Part shown: positions 1 through 8,987 of the stretch, piece after piece
Numbering within the stretch: the stretch's first letter is position 1
How the letters are laid out: each line of letters begins with the position of its first letter
DNA from: Planctopirus limnophila DSM 3776
GTDB lineage: Bacteria; Planctomycetota; Planctomycetia; Planctomycetales; Planctomycetaceae
Assembly (NCBI RefSeq): GCF_000092105.1
Contig: NC_014148.1
Coordinates: forward strand, 2,010,001 to 2,042,000
Direction: 5' to 3'
Length of the DNA: 32,000 nt
Notes under the pieces: generated by a model
Seen by the model: only the letters and a program-made list of their open reading frames with translations
Told to the model about the DNA's origin: nothing
Database searches by the model: none
Made by a program: the position numbers and the translations under genes

Positions 1-1
1 G

Positions 2-751
2 ATGACGCTGGATGTCTTCACGCCAACCGCAAATGCCAATGGAGCAGGGGTGATTTTTATCGTTAGCGGTGGCTGGTATTCGCAGTGGACACCACCCGAA
101 AAGCTGCATGGCATGCTCAAGCCACTGACCGATGCAGGCTATACCGTTTTTGCAGTGCGGCATGGCAGCAGCCCGAAGTATGGCATTCCGGATGCCGTCG
201 CCGATGTTCGCCGCAGTGTGCGATTTATTCGTCTGCATGCCCAACAGTTTGGCATCTCGCCCGACCGACTGGGAGTCTTTGGCATCAGCGCTGGAGGACA
301 TCTTTCACTCACGCTGGGCACCACAGGAGACGATGGCCGTGCGAGTGACGCTGATCCAGTCAATCGCGTGAGTGATCGTGTTCAGGCCGTGGTGGCCTTT
401 GTTGCTCCTACCGATCTGACGATTATGGTGCGCGAGGCCAAAGACCGGTTGCCGGCTTACAATCGGTTCCCGGCGCTGGATCTCGACCTGGCTGCAGCGA
501 AGAAGCTTTCACCTCTCTTTGAGGTTTCTGCCGATGACGCGCCGACCTTGCTGCTGGCTGGGGCCAAGGATGATCTGGTCCCCATCGCGCACAGCCAGAA
601 AATCAAGGCGGCTTTCGATCAGACGCAAGTTCCCAGCCGATTAATGGAATTCCCCGAGGCAGGCCATGGCTTGCCTCCTGCCGACATGAAACAGGCCGTT
701 GAAGAAATGCTGAACTGGTTCAACAAGCATCTTGCCCCGCCAACTTCATGA
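2..751 (+). CDS. alpha/beta hydrolase (esterase/lipase or S9-peptidase-like), 5' end probably outside the window
   Basis: Open frame from the window edge. Nucleophile elbow GISAGGH (GxSxG). Oxyanion-type block IFIVSGGW in the place of HGGG. Acidic residue in GAKDDLVP and His in EAGHGL complete a Ser/Asp/His triad in the usual order. The usual N-terminal region is missing, so it is likely truncated. Confidence 0.75.
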   Translation: MTLDVFTPTANANGAGVIFIVSGGWYSQWTPPEKLHGMLKPLTDAGYTVFAVRHGSSPKYGIPDAVADVRRSVRFIRLHAQQFGISPDRLGVFGISAGGHLSLTLGTTGDDGRASDADPVNRVSDRVQAVVAFVAPTDLTIMVREAKDRLPAYNRFPALDLDLAAAKKLSPLFEVSADDAPTLLLAGAKDDLVPIAHSQKIKAAFDQTQVPSRLMEFPEAGHGLPPADMKQAVEEMLNWFNKHLAPPTS

Positions 752-824
752 GTGACAAAAACGCTGCTTCCCCTGTATTCGATTGAATACCCAGTACGAC
801 GAGACATTCCTGGAGCGATTCCTG

Positions 825-1793
825 ATGACAAATATCAGTCGGCGGACATTTCTGGCTACAAGTTCCTGCGCAATCACTTTACCCGCCCTGGTGACTCAGG
901 CGCAGGAGCAGACAGCACCTCTGCGTTTTGGGGTGATCACGGATCTCCATCAGGACATTATCCCCGATGCTCCTGAACGTTTGAGAGCGTTTGTCGAAGC
1001 GATGACATTGGCAAACGTCGATTTTATCTGCCAACTGGGCGATTTTTGTATCCCCAAACCTGCAAACCAGCCCCTCATGAAGATCTGGAACTCATTTCCC
1101 GGGCCTAAATACCATGTGCTGGGTAATCATGACATGGACGCCGGTTACAAACCTCAGGTCACTGCCGAGTTCTATGGTATGCCTGCCAGGTACTATGCGT
1201 TTTCTGCAAAAGGGGTGCGATTCATTGTTCTGGATGGAAACGAACCGGGGGGCCAGAAATCGGGATATGCCCGGTACATTGGACCGGATCAAATCGCGTG
1301 GTTGAAAACGGAGCTTGAGAAATCCAACGAACCCGTCATCGTGCTCATCCACCAACCTCTGGAAACAGATTCAGGCATCGAAAACCATGCGGCAATCCAG
1401 AAGATTCTCGAAGGGACGTTATCAAACAAGTCGCCCGTAGTGGCTGTATTCGCAGGTCACTTGCATCAGGATTACGTTCGCCCTGTCAACGGGATTCCCT
1501 ACATCCAGATCAACAGTGCGGCTTACCACTGGATGGGGGATCAATTCGCACACGAGAGTTACTCTCCAGAAATTCACAAACAGCATCCTCACCTGAAAAG
1601 TACCTGCCCCTATCAGGATCCTTTATGGGCGATGGTGACTGTCGATCTAGCCGGGCGAACACTCGAAATTGAGGGGCTAAAAACGACATGGGTCGGGCAA
1701 TCTCCCTGGGAACTGGGTGCGACTGAGAAAAGTCATCCGCCGGAAATTGTCCGGCCAGCCATCAGTGAGCAGCAGATCAATCTGGTTCGCTGA
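825..1793 (+). CDS. Tat-exported metallophosphoesterase (calcineurin-like phosphoesterase)
   Basis: Ordered metallophosphoesterase motifs: DLHQD (DxH), GDF (GD), GNHD (GNH[DE]), LIHQP, GHLH (GHxH). Twin-arginine signal SRRTFLATSS follows directly after the ATG at 825. The ORF track starts at 783, and ATG 825 is preferred because it places the RR motif at the N-terminus. Confidence 0.8.
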   Translation: MTNISRRTFLATSSCAITLPALVTQAQEQTAPLRFGVITDLHQDIIPDAPERLRAFVEAMTLANVDFICQLGDFCIPKPANQPLMKIWNSFPGPKYHVLGNHDMDAGYKPQVTAEFYGMPARYYAFSAKGVRFIVLDGNEPGGQKSGYARYIGPDQIAWLKTELEKSNEPVIVLIHQPLETDSGIENHAAIQKILEGTLSNKSPVVAVFAGHLHQDYVRPVNGIPYIQINSAAYHWMGDQFAHESYSPEIHKQHPHLKSTCPYQDPLWAMVTVDLAGRTLEIEGLKTTWVGQSPWELGATEKSHPPEIVRPAISEQQINLVR

Positions 1794-1894
1794 TCCTCGA
1801 ATGATCTCAGAATTGAGTCACTGTGGCGGCCCAGTGTTTCTCGATATAAGATATATCGCACATTGCTTATGCGTTTTTCCGAGAGGCACTGTCC

Positions 1895-4800
1895 ATGGAT
1901 CATCGTTTCCAGCCGCGATTGTTGTTGAGCCGCACAGTTCGTTATGGATTGCTGGCTGGCCTGATGTTCGTTGGAGGATGGGCAACGCTCGATGCGCAGG
2001 TGATTCCTCATCGGCAGGAGAAGCCACCCAACGATCCCCGCGACGCAACGACTGCTGCGAAGCTGATGACGGTGCCGGAAGGCTTCACGGTGGAAGTCGT
2101 CGCCAGTGAGCCGGAGATCGTCAATCCGGTGGCGATGGCGATTGACGAGAAAGGCCGCTTCTGGATCACGGAGTCGCTCGAGTATCCTCGGCATAGTGCC
2201 GGGCCGGGGCGGGACCGCGTCAAGATTCTCGAGGACACCGATGGCGACGGCAGGGCCGACAAATTCACAGTCTTCCTTGACGGGCTGAACATTCCCTCGG
2301 CCGTCCAAGTGGGACATGGTGGTGTCTGGATTGCGAATGCTCCGGATCTCCTGTTTGTGCCGGATGCCAATCGGGATGGTGTTCCCGATGGCCCTGCTCA
2401 AGTCGTGGTGACCGGCTTTGGCCGCGACGACACGCATGAGTTGCCGAATTCGCTCACCTGGGGGCCGGATGGCTGGCTCTATGGGCTGAATGGCGTCTTC
2501 AATCCCAGCCACATTAAGTATGGCAAAGACAATCCGAACTTTGCCGCCGCCGAGAAGGAAAAACATCCCGGCTGGAAGTTCACGGTGGCGATGTTCCGCA
2601 TTCATCCGCAGACGCGCGAATTCCAGGTCTTCTGCGAAGGGACGAGCAACCCGTGGGGGATCGCCTTCAATGACGAAGGCGAAGCGTTCATCAGCGCCTG
2701 CGTCATCGACCACCTGTGGCATCTCGTCGAAACTGGCTACTACCACCGGCAGGGCGGGCCTTATCCGCCGCACACATGGAAGATTGAATCGATCGTCAAG
2801 CACAAGCACCAGAAGGCGGCGTATTGCGGCATCACGTGGTTCGACAGCGACGCCTACCCCGAGCAGTACCGCAAGAAACTCTATATGGGGAACATCCACG
2901 GCGGATGTATCAATGTCGACCGCATTGAGCGTAATGGTTCGACCTACGCGGGCTTCGGCGAACCGGATTTCCTGACAGCGAACGATGCCTGGTTCATGCC
3001 GGTGGTGCAGAAGACCGGGCCTGATGGCTCGCTCTACATCCTCGATTGGTACGACCGCTATCATTGCTATCAAGACGCCAACCGCGATCCCGAGGGTATC
3101 GACAGGCTCAAAGGGCGGCTGTATCGCGTCCGATACAAGGAGACGCCTCGAAAGGCGAACTTCGACCTGGTGACTTCCAGCGACGACCAGCTGGTGGAAC
3201 TGTTAGCAAATCCGAACGTCTGGACTCGCGGCACCGCCCAAAGGATTCTGGAGGAGCGGCTGTGGCGCAAGGACGGGAAGAGTGACTCGCTGCATAAGAG
3301 GTTATTGGCACTGGCACTCAACGAGTCGACTCCGGCTCACCTGCAACGAGCGGCCTTTCAAATCGCCACCTTCGCGCCTGGATTCAACAAAGAGCAGACA
3401 AAGCAGGCGACAGTGAATTGCGACCCTTTGATCCGCGCCTGGGCTTTGCGCACTGCAGTGGGAAGCCTGATGATCGGAACGGACGGGCAGAGAGCGACAC
3501 CTTCATCGAACAAAATAGCGGCCGCGCTGGTGATCGAACAAATTGGCTCTGACTTAAGCGATGCAGATGCCCGTGTGCGCCTCCAGGCGTTGATCGCGAT
3601 GACACGTGCTGCCGAGCAGGGCCTTACGGATGAATCGCTGCATCGTGCCTTCAAGACGGCAGCTCCAAAACTCCTCGAAGATGCTCATGCCCATCGGCTC
3701 GCATGGCAGACGATCAAAGCTTTTTATGGACGTAGACCAGAACTCCTGGGTGATCTCCTCGCTTCGCCTGAATACCGGTCGAGTGCTCTGGCGAAATCAT
3801 TGGATGGCCGGTTGATGGACTGGATCTTATCGCAGCCCCAGCCGGATGCGGTCGTGCTGCAAACGATTCTCGCCACCGATGCGGCCAGTGAGTCAGCCCG
3901 GCAGGTGCTGAACGTGCTGGCAACTCAGATTCAGACGCGGCAGCTGGCTGGGGACCGTTTGGTGGCCGTTCGTCAGTTGGTTGGGCCGATCATCCAAAAA
4001 ATCGTGGCCGATCCTTCGAGCCGCAACTTTGTGCCAGCCGCGCTTCTGGCGACGACCTGGGGAGACTCGGAAGGGTATGCCGCTGCTCGCAAGGTGCTGG
4101 AAACGTCCACCTTCAAAGACGAGGAGCGACTGGCGGCCGCTGGGGCACTGGTGGCGGCTGGTCAGGATGAAGTACTGCGGAGTGTGGCCGCCATATTCGA
4201 TGGCAAGCCGCCCGCTGCCAGCGAATTCAAGGGGAAGCTGCTGGCGACTTTGTCGCGGCTGGATGATCCCGAAGTTGGCTCATTCGCCTTGGCCTACTAC
4301 CCGAAGCTCACCACCGATCTGCAGCCCAAGGCCATCGAACTGCTCACCCAGCGACCGACATGGGCTGCGGCTCTTTTGGCAGCGATGGAGAAGAAGCAGA
4401 TTCCCGCGTCAGCTCTCAGTTCACTTCAGGCACGACGCATCGCAGATCTGGGTGATGAACAACTTTCCAAGCGGCTGGGTGAAGTGTGGGGACAGGTGCG
4501 TTCAGGCCGCGACCCGCAGCGGGAGCGGGTGGTTGCCGAGATGCGGCATCTCGTTCGCACCACCCCGGGGGACGCGGTGAAAGGCCAGCTCGTCTTCAGC
4601 AAGGTGTGCGGGCAATGCCACAAGATGTACGGCGAAGGGGCGGAGGTCGGGCCGGAGATCACGCTCAATGGGCGGAACGATTACACGCAGCTCCTTTCGA
4701 ATATCTTCGACCCGAACCTCGTCATCGGTGCGGGTTATCGCTCATGCACGGTCATCACCGACGACGGCCGGGCACTCAGCGGTCTGTTGGCTGAAGATTC

Positions 4801-5476
4801 TCCCGAACGGGTGGTCCTGAAGGTGCAGGGGGGGAAAGTGGAGATCATTCCCCGCAACACGATCGAGGAGTACAAGCTGAGCGAACTTTCGCTGATGCCC
4901 GAAGGGATCGAAAAGCAGTTGTCGCGTCAGGAGATCGCCGATTTGATGGCGTATGTCATCCTCGACAAGCCGCCGGGTGACCCAAGCGCGCGGCAACTGC
5001 CAGGGGCGTTCGAAGTCGCGCCCCGTGAATCGAACAACCCGGCGGAATTCGGGGCGATCTTTCAGACAGTTGCACCGGGCTTTGCGGAGGTTTCCTCGGG
5101 ACTCAATGGTGTCGGATTGCTCAAGGAACATGGCGGTCAAAAAGTTGTCGTGCGGACACATCCTGTCGATCAGAAGCGACCGATGGTGGCGAAGGGAATC
5201 TTCGACCTCCCCGCCGACAAGCCGAGCCGACTCCTGGTTCATGTGGCGCACGACACGCGCGGCGACTTCCGGCTGGTGGTTAAGGTCAACGGAAAAGTGA
5301 TCCATGAAGAGATCATCGGCAAGTCGACGACCGAGAATGGCTGGGCCCGCCGGGAGATCGATCTGGCTCCGTTCGCTGGGACGCAGCCTGTGATCGAAGT
5401 CCTTAACGAAGCGAACAACTGGGCCTACGAATTCGCCTATTGGGGCGAACTGCGGGTGACCAGCGAGGCGAAATAG
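1895..5476 (+). CDS. PVC-type 'membrane-bound dehydrogenase domain' / HEAT-repeat / CxxCH haem-binding protein (1193 aa)
   Basis: ATG start with a signal-like N-terminus (LLAGLMFVGGWATLDAQ). N-terminal propeller-type block: EGFTVEVVASEPEIVNPVAMAIDEKGRFW...DTDGDGRADKF...WGPDGWLY. Long alpha-helical HEAT-like middle. Single CGQCH at 4607-4621 followed by the GPEIT...SLMPEG context typical of the Pirellula/Verrucomicrobium-type haem domain. About 190 aa of unassigned C-terminal domain. Confidence 0.85.
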   Translation: MDHRFQPRLLLSRTVRYGLLAGLMFVGGWATLDAQVIPHRQEKPPNDPRDATTAAKLMTVPEGFTVEVVASEPEIVNPVAMAIDEKGRFWITESLEYPRHSAGPGRDRVKILEDTDGDGRADKFTVFLDGLNIPSAVQVGHGGVWIANAPDLLFVPDANRDGVPDGPAQVVVTGFGRDDTHELPNSLTWGPDGWLYGLNGVFNPSHIKYGKDNPNFAAAEKEKHPGWKFTVAMFRIHPQTREFQVFCEGTSNPWGIAFNDEGEAFISACVIDHLWHLVETGYYHRQGGPYPPHTWKIESIVKHKHQKAAYCGITWFDSDAYPEQYRKKLYMGNIHGGCINVDRIERNGSTYAGFGEPDFLTANDAWFMPVVQKTGPDGSLYILDWYDRYHCYQDANRDPEGIDRLKGRLYRVRYKETPRKANFDLVTSSDDQLVELLANPNVWTRGTAQRILEERLWRKDGKSDSLHKRLLALALNESTPAHLQRAAFQIATFAPGFNKEQTKQATVNCDPLIRAWALRTAVGSLMIGTDGQRATPSSNKIAAALVIEQIGSDLSDADARVRLQALIAMTRAAEQGLTDESLHRAFKTAAPKLLEDAHAHRLAWQTIKAFYGRRPELLGDLLASPEYRSSALAKSLDGRLMDWILSQPQPDAVVLQTILATDAASESARQVLNVLATQIQTRQLAGDRLVAVRQLVGPIIQKIVADPSSRNFVPAALLATTWGDSEGYAAARKVLETSTFKDEERLAAAGALVAAGQDEVLRSVAAIFDGKPPAASEFKGKLLATLSRLDDPEVGSFALAYYPKLTTDLQPKAIELLTQRPTWAAALLAAMEKKQIPASALSSLQARRIADLGDEQLSKRLGEVWGQVRSGRDPQRERVVAEMRHLVRTTPGDAVKGQLVFSKVCGQCHKMYGEGAEVGPEITLNGRNDYTQLLSNIFDPNLVIGAGYRSCTVITDDGRALSGLLAEDSPERVVLKVQGGKVEIIPRNTIEEYKLSELSLMPEGIEKQLSRQEIADLMAYVILDKPPGDPSARQLPGAFEVAPRESNNPAEFGAIFQTVAPGFAEVSSGLNGVGLLKEHGGQKVVVRTHPVDQKRPMVAKGIFDLPADKPSRLLVHVAHDTRGDFRLVVKVNGKVIHEEIIGKSTTENGWARREIDLAPFAGTQPVIEVLNEANNWAYEFAYWGELRVTSEAK

Positions 5477-5482
5477 TGGGCG

Positions 5483-6898
5483 TTACCTGGCGAGATTTCT
5501 TAGCTTCGCGAAGCGCTCACGGAGATCACGTAAAGTGTCGAGAGATTTTTCATCTCCGGCCAAGTCGTGTTCTTCGCGAGGATCAGTGGTGAGATGAAAG
5601 AGTTCTTCCCGCTGAAAGTCTGGCCAATACAGGTACTTCCACTCGGGCGTCACGAGAGCCTGCGATGAAGGGATAAACGAAATGTCACGGATAGCCGAAT
5701 GCTCGTAGAAGAAGTCGGTTCGCCAACTTTTGGCGGCTGCCTGTCTTGAAGCGGGCGTTCCCAGATAGAGGGGTGACATGTCCTGGCCCTGCATCCGCGG
5801 GGTGGGCTGGGCACCGGCGGCGCGAAGGATCGTCGGCGCGAGATCGACGTTCAGTGTCTGGGCATTATTCGTCATTCCCGCCAGCGATTTGTCCATCCGG
5901 GGATCGACGATTACCAGCGGCACGCGGATACTTTCTTCGTAAGGATACCACTTATCAGCCAAGCCTTTTTCGGCGTGGAAATAGCCGTTGTCCGTGGTGA
6001 AGAGGATGAGCGTGTTGTCCGCCAACCCCTCCGCATTCAATCGATCCAGAATGCGGCCGCAGGCAGCATCGACTTCGGTGATGAGCCGGTAGTAGTTTTT
6101 CATCGACGTCTGGAAGGCTTCATCCGTCGAGAACCTTAACGACCAGCGACGGCGGCCCTCCTGCTTGTCGTTCGCCAGGAAGGGTGGCAAATTTCGAAAA
6201 GCCTGCTCGTTCGCTGTCGCAGGTACTGGAATGATGTCATTGACATACAGCGACATGCTTTTCGGTTGCGGCAAGTATTGTGCGGGTGAAGGGTCATCGG
6301 CGTGAGGGGCGAAGAAGGCGACCGTCAGGCAGAAGGGTTTTTCCTTGGAACGGCTGTCGAAGAAGTCGAGGGCGTCCTGTTCCTGCAGGGCGGTGATATG
6401 AACCTTCTCGCCTTTCTTACCGGCCTCGCCCCGAGCGGGAACCCAGTGCCTCGTGGCTGAGATGCGGCTGTAATCGTAGTTGGCGGCGGGGAACTTGCCG
6501 TTGTGCCACTTGCCGACATGGGCCACGTGATAGCCCCGTTCACGAAGGATCGCGGGATACGTTTCGGCCCAGGGGGTTTTGAACATCTCGAAGGCCGGGT
6601 TGCCGTGACGCGACATCCATTGGCCAGTGAGGAGCGTGGCGCGGGAGACGCCGCAGATGGAGGTGGTGACGGCATTACGCGGAAAGCGAACGCCCTTGGC
6701 CGCAAGGGCGTCGATGTGGGGTGTCTGGATAATGGGGTTGCCGGCGCAGCCGAGGGAATCAAAACGCCAGTCATCGGCGTAAAGCACCACAATGTTCAGC
6801 GGCTGAGCAGGAGTCTCGGCCGCGAGGAGATCGCCGCAGATCATAAGTCTCAACAAGAACAAGATCGCAATCTGAAGGATTCGCTGTCGTGAAGACAT
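5483..6898 (-). CDS. sulfatase (arylsulfatase A family) with variant active-site motif CGVSR
   Basis: Signal peptide. Metal-binding [11 protein letters not shown]. Active-site block [14 protein letters not shown], which is the CxPxR signature with Val in place of Pro. GKWH, FTTDNGY and PTIL blocks present. ATG at 6898. Confidence 0.9.
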   Translation of the reverse strand: MSSRQRILQIAILFLLRLMICGDLLAAETPAQPLNIVVLYADDWRFDSLGCAGNPIIQTPHIDALAAKGVRFPRNAVTTSICGVSRATLLTGQWMSRHGNPAFEMFKTPWAETYPAILRERGYHVAHVGKWHNGKFPAANYDYSRISATRHWVPARGEAGKKGEKVHITALQEQDALDFFDSRSKEKPFCLTVAFFAPHADDPSPAQYLPQPKSMSLYVNDIIPVPATANEQAFRNLPPFLANDKQEGRRRWSLRFSTDEAFQTSMKNYYRLITEVDAACGRILDRLNAEGLADNTLILFTTDNGYFHAEKGLADKWYPYEESIRVPLVIVDPRMDKSLAGMTNNAQTLNVDLAPTILRAAGAQPTPRMQGQDMSPLYLGTPASRQAAAKSWRTDFFYEHSAIRDISFIPSSQALVTPEWKYLYWPDFQREELFHLTTDPREEHDLAGDEKSLDTLRDLRERFAKLRNLAR

Positions 6899-6913
6899 GG
6901 TGTAATCACTTTC

Positions 6914-7038
6914 GTAGGGTCCGCTGTGCGGACCATGTTGCGTTGTCAGGTCTCGTTAAAAATAGTGGTTAGTATGTCGGCATATTCGAGTCGTGATTTG
7001 CATGGATCGGGAAAAATGGTCCGCACAGCGGACCCTAC
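6914..7038. repeat. perfect 23-bp inverted repeat pair (GTAGGGTCCGCTGTGCGGACCAT / ATGGTCCGCACAGCGGACCCTAC) flanking a 79-nt spacer
   Basis: Arms at 6914-6936 and 7016-7038 are exact reverse complements. Each arm also contains its own hairpin, GGTCCGC-NNN-GCGGACC. The right arm overlaps the stop codon of the 7035-8927 sulfatase. The left arm ends 15 nt upstream of the ATG of the 5483-6898 sulfatase. Confidence 0.9.
7011..7038 (-). terminator. possible intrinsic terminator formed by the right repeat arm
   Basis: On the minus strand the 7-bp GC-rich stem GGTCCGC/GCGGACC (3-nt loop) starts at the stop codon and is followed directly by ATTTTTCC. The stem is short and the T-run is only 5 nt. Confidence 0.4.
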
Positions 7039-8927
7039 CGGTTTGATGTTCGACGTTCTTTAAGTTCCTTGAGATTCAGGAGCAATCGAGGAATGTACGG
7101 ACTGAAACGCTGGTCAGGCAGCTTGAGGTTTGTTGTGTTCATCAGCAGAAGATCGTCCCAGAGTGACTGGCCTCGATCTCCCAGAGATTCAATGGCCGTC
7201 AGTGCGCTGATCGAGGTCAGCACATCACTCTTTTCGGGAGTGGCTAAGGTTTTGAGCAAAGCGAGCCCCTGGGACTGCTCGGCTGAGGAACCTGCGAGCA
7301 CAGCCAGTTGTGCAGAGACAATCTGCACCGAGGGTGATTCATCGTCCATCAGTGGCAAAACAGCCGGCAAAGGGATTGGCGCGCCCCGCTGCTGACGAAT
7401 GAGCAAGCCGATGAGGCCCCAGTAGCGAACACCCGGTTCGGGATCACTGAGAAATTTTGACAGTTCCTCAATTTTTGACTCTTTGGAGGCTGCCACATCA
7501 GCCGCCTCGATCGTCTTTTCGAGGGCGAATGTTTCCGGGCGATGGCCCAGTCCCCAGGGAGTGGTTGATTTTGACCGGCGGTGCATCTCTTCTTCAGGAA
7601 GGTAGCAGACATCGCGGACTCGCACGTTCTGATCGAACAGAACCTTTCGAAAGCGGGCGATGGTCGCGGCGTGCGCAGGATCAAGTGCCAGATTGACAAC
7701 TTCATCCGGATCGCTGGTGAGATCGTAAAGTTCTTCGGGTTCACGAGGCGTGACCCACATGGCGGACTGTGCCGGATTGAGCTTCCCTTGATCGAATAAG
7801 GTTTTCCAGGCCACAGTCGTCGGTGTCTGAAACTGGTACTCCAGATACTGGCCATGGGGAAGATGCAGCAGGTAATTCCGCAGATAGACATATCGACCAT
7901 CTGTCACACTGCGAACATGATCGGGCCGCTCATCCATGCGTCCGCGAACACCAAACAGGTACTGGGGGGCTGGAGCGGTATAAGGACCGGCAAAAGCATG
8001 ACCTTGCATGTAGGCGGGTGGCTGGATGCTTGCCAGACTCAGGATTGTGGGAGCCAGGTCGACAAAACTGATCAATCGGTCAGAAACACCCCCGGCACGA
8101 TAATCAGCCGGAGCCAGGTGGCGATACTTTTCGGGGAAGTAAACGACAAAAGGCACCTGCAACCCGGTGTTGCCAGCCCAGCGTTTGTTTCTGGGCATGC
8201 CACTGCCGTGATCTGCGTAATAAAAGACAATTGTGTCCTCCGCGAGGCCGGCCTCTGCCAGTTCGAGAAGGTGAATACCGGCGTCGGCATCGGCAGCTCT
8301 CACCTGGTCGTAATACTGTGCCCAATCCTGGCGAACCTCGGGAGTCTCCGGATGGTACTTAGGAATGCGGACATCAGCAGGGCTGGTCAAGGCCTGATGA
8401 GGCCGTTTGCGAATCTGGCTTTCATGACTTTTCGTCGAATTGAAGACTGCAAAGAAAGGCTGTCCAGGTTTGCGATTCTTCCAGTGAGCATTCGCACCTG
8501 ATTTATCCCATGGGGGAACCGCTTTGGGGACGTTGTAGTCTTCTTTCGAGTTGTTTGTCGTGTAATAGCCGGCTTTGCGCAAATAAGCCGGGAAGAGAAG
8601 TTGCTCTTCTGGCCAGGGAACCATCGATCGCATGTGAAGCCCACCACTGGCTGATGGGTAGACGCCGGTGATAATGGCTGTTCGAGCGGGTGCACAGACA
8701 GGCACCACCGACCATGCCATGCGAAACCGCATCCCTTTTTTGGCTAACTGATCGACATGAGGAGTGCGTGCGAGCGAATCACCATAACAACCCATATGTG
8801 GCCCGTGGTCTTCACTTGTCAGCCACAAGATATTCGGAAGCCTGGTCGATTCCTGCTGAGCCATGGCCGACCTGCCAGCCAGGCAATCAACAACGAGTAA
8901 CGCAAGAACGAAAAAAAAGTATCTCAT
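7035..8927 (-). CDS. sulfatase with C-terminal HEAT-repeat-like extension (630 aa)
   Basis: Signal peptide MRYFFFVLALLVV. LWLTSEDHGPH, canonical VCAPARTAIITG (CxPxR), YYADHGSGMP, DLAPTIL. The C-terminal ~160 aa carry DPEPGVRYWGLIGL and DDESPSVQIVSAQLAVL, which are HEAT-like. Confidence 0.9.
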   Translation of the reverse strand: MRYFFFVLALLVVDCLAGRSAMAQQESTRLPNILWLTSEDHGPHMGCYGDSLARTPHVDQLAKKGMRFRMAWSVVPVCAPARTAIITGVYPSASGGLHMRSMVPWPEEQLLFPAYLRKAGYYTTNNSKEDYNVPKAVPPWDKSGANAHWKNRKPGQPFFAVFNSTKSHESQIRKRPHQALTSPADVRIPKYHPETPEVRQDWAQYYDQVRAADADAGIHLLELAEAGLAEDTIVFYYADHGSGMPRNKRWAGNTGLQVPFVVYFPEKYRHLAPADYRAGGVSDRLISFVDLAPTILSLASIQPPAYMQGHAFAGPYTAPAPQYLFGVRGRMDERPDHVRSVTDGRYVYLRNYLLHLPHGQYLEYQFQTPTTVAWKTLFDQGKLNPAQSAMWVTPREPEELYDLTSDPDEVVNLALDPAHAATIARFRKVLFDQNVRVRDVCYLPEEEMHRRSKSTTPWGLGHRPETFALEKTIEAADVAASKESKIEELSKFLSDPEPGVRYWGLIGLLIRQQRGAPIPLPAVLPLMDDESPSVQIVSAQLAVLAGSSAEQSQGLALLKTLATPEKSDVLTSISALTAIESLGDRGQSLWDDLLLMNTTNLKLPDQRFSPYIPRLLLNLKELKERRTSNR

Positions 8928-8987
8928 GGGGAAATTCTCAGGTGAAGCGGCTTCGCGAATGTTGAATCAACAGGATCAGAAGGCAAA

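Noticed and set aside
776-791. Small palindromes GTATTC-GATT-GAATAC (776-791) and CGATAT-AAGAT-ATATCG (about 1843-1859) in short intergenic gaps
   Set aside because: These are 6-bp AT-rich stems without U-tracts or supporting context. Such stems are expected by chance in intergenic DNA.
783-824. Upstream start for the metallophosphoesterase, and similar ORF-track starts at 12478, 17994, 19795, 25793, 28769 and 30579
   Set aside because: By hand reverse-complementing, the six minus-strand ORF-track starts listed are TTG or GTG codons. In every case, including 783, a downstream ATG places a signal peptide or domain start at the N-terminus. True starts remain uncertain by up to a few tens of codons.
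1733-3073. 446-aa ORF on the minus strand, the longest unannotated ORF in the track
   Set aside because: It lies entirely antisense to the well-supported 1193-aa gene. Its composition is Arg/Pro/Ala/Gly-rich and low-complexity with no recognisable motif, which is typical of a shadow ORF in GC-rich coding DNA.
7854-8501. 215-aa plus-strand ORF inside the 7035-8927 sulfatase. The same issue applies to 18413-19039, 23320-23913, 25362-25991, 29095-29589, 30828-31358 and 4742-5305.
   Set aside because: All of them overlap CDS that have strong family motifs on the opposite strand. They have unprotein-like composition (Arg/Cys/His/Trp-rich) and carry no motifs. I treat them as antisense shadow ORFs.
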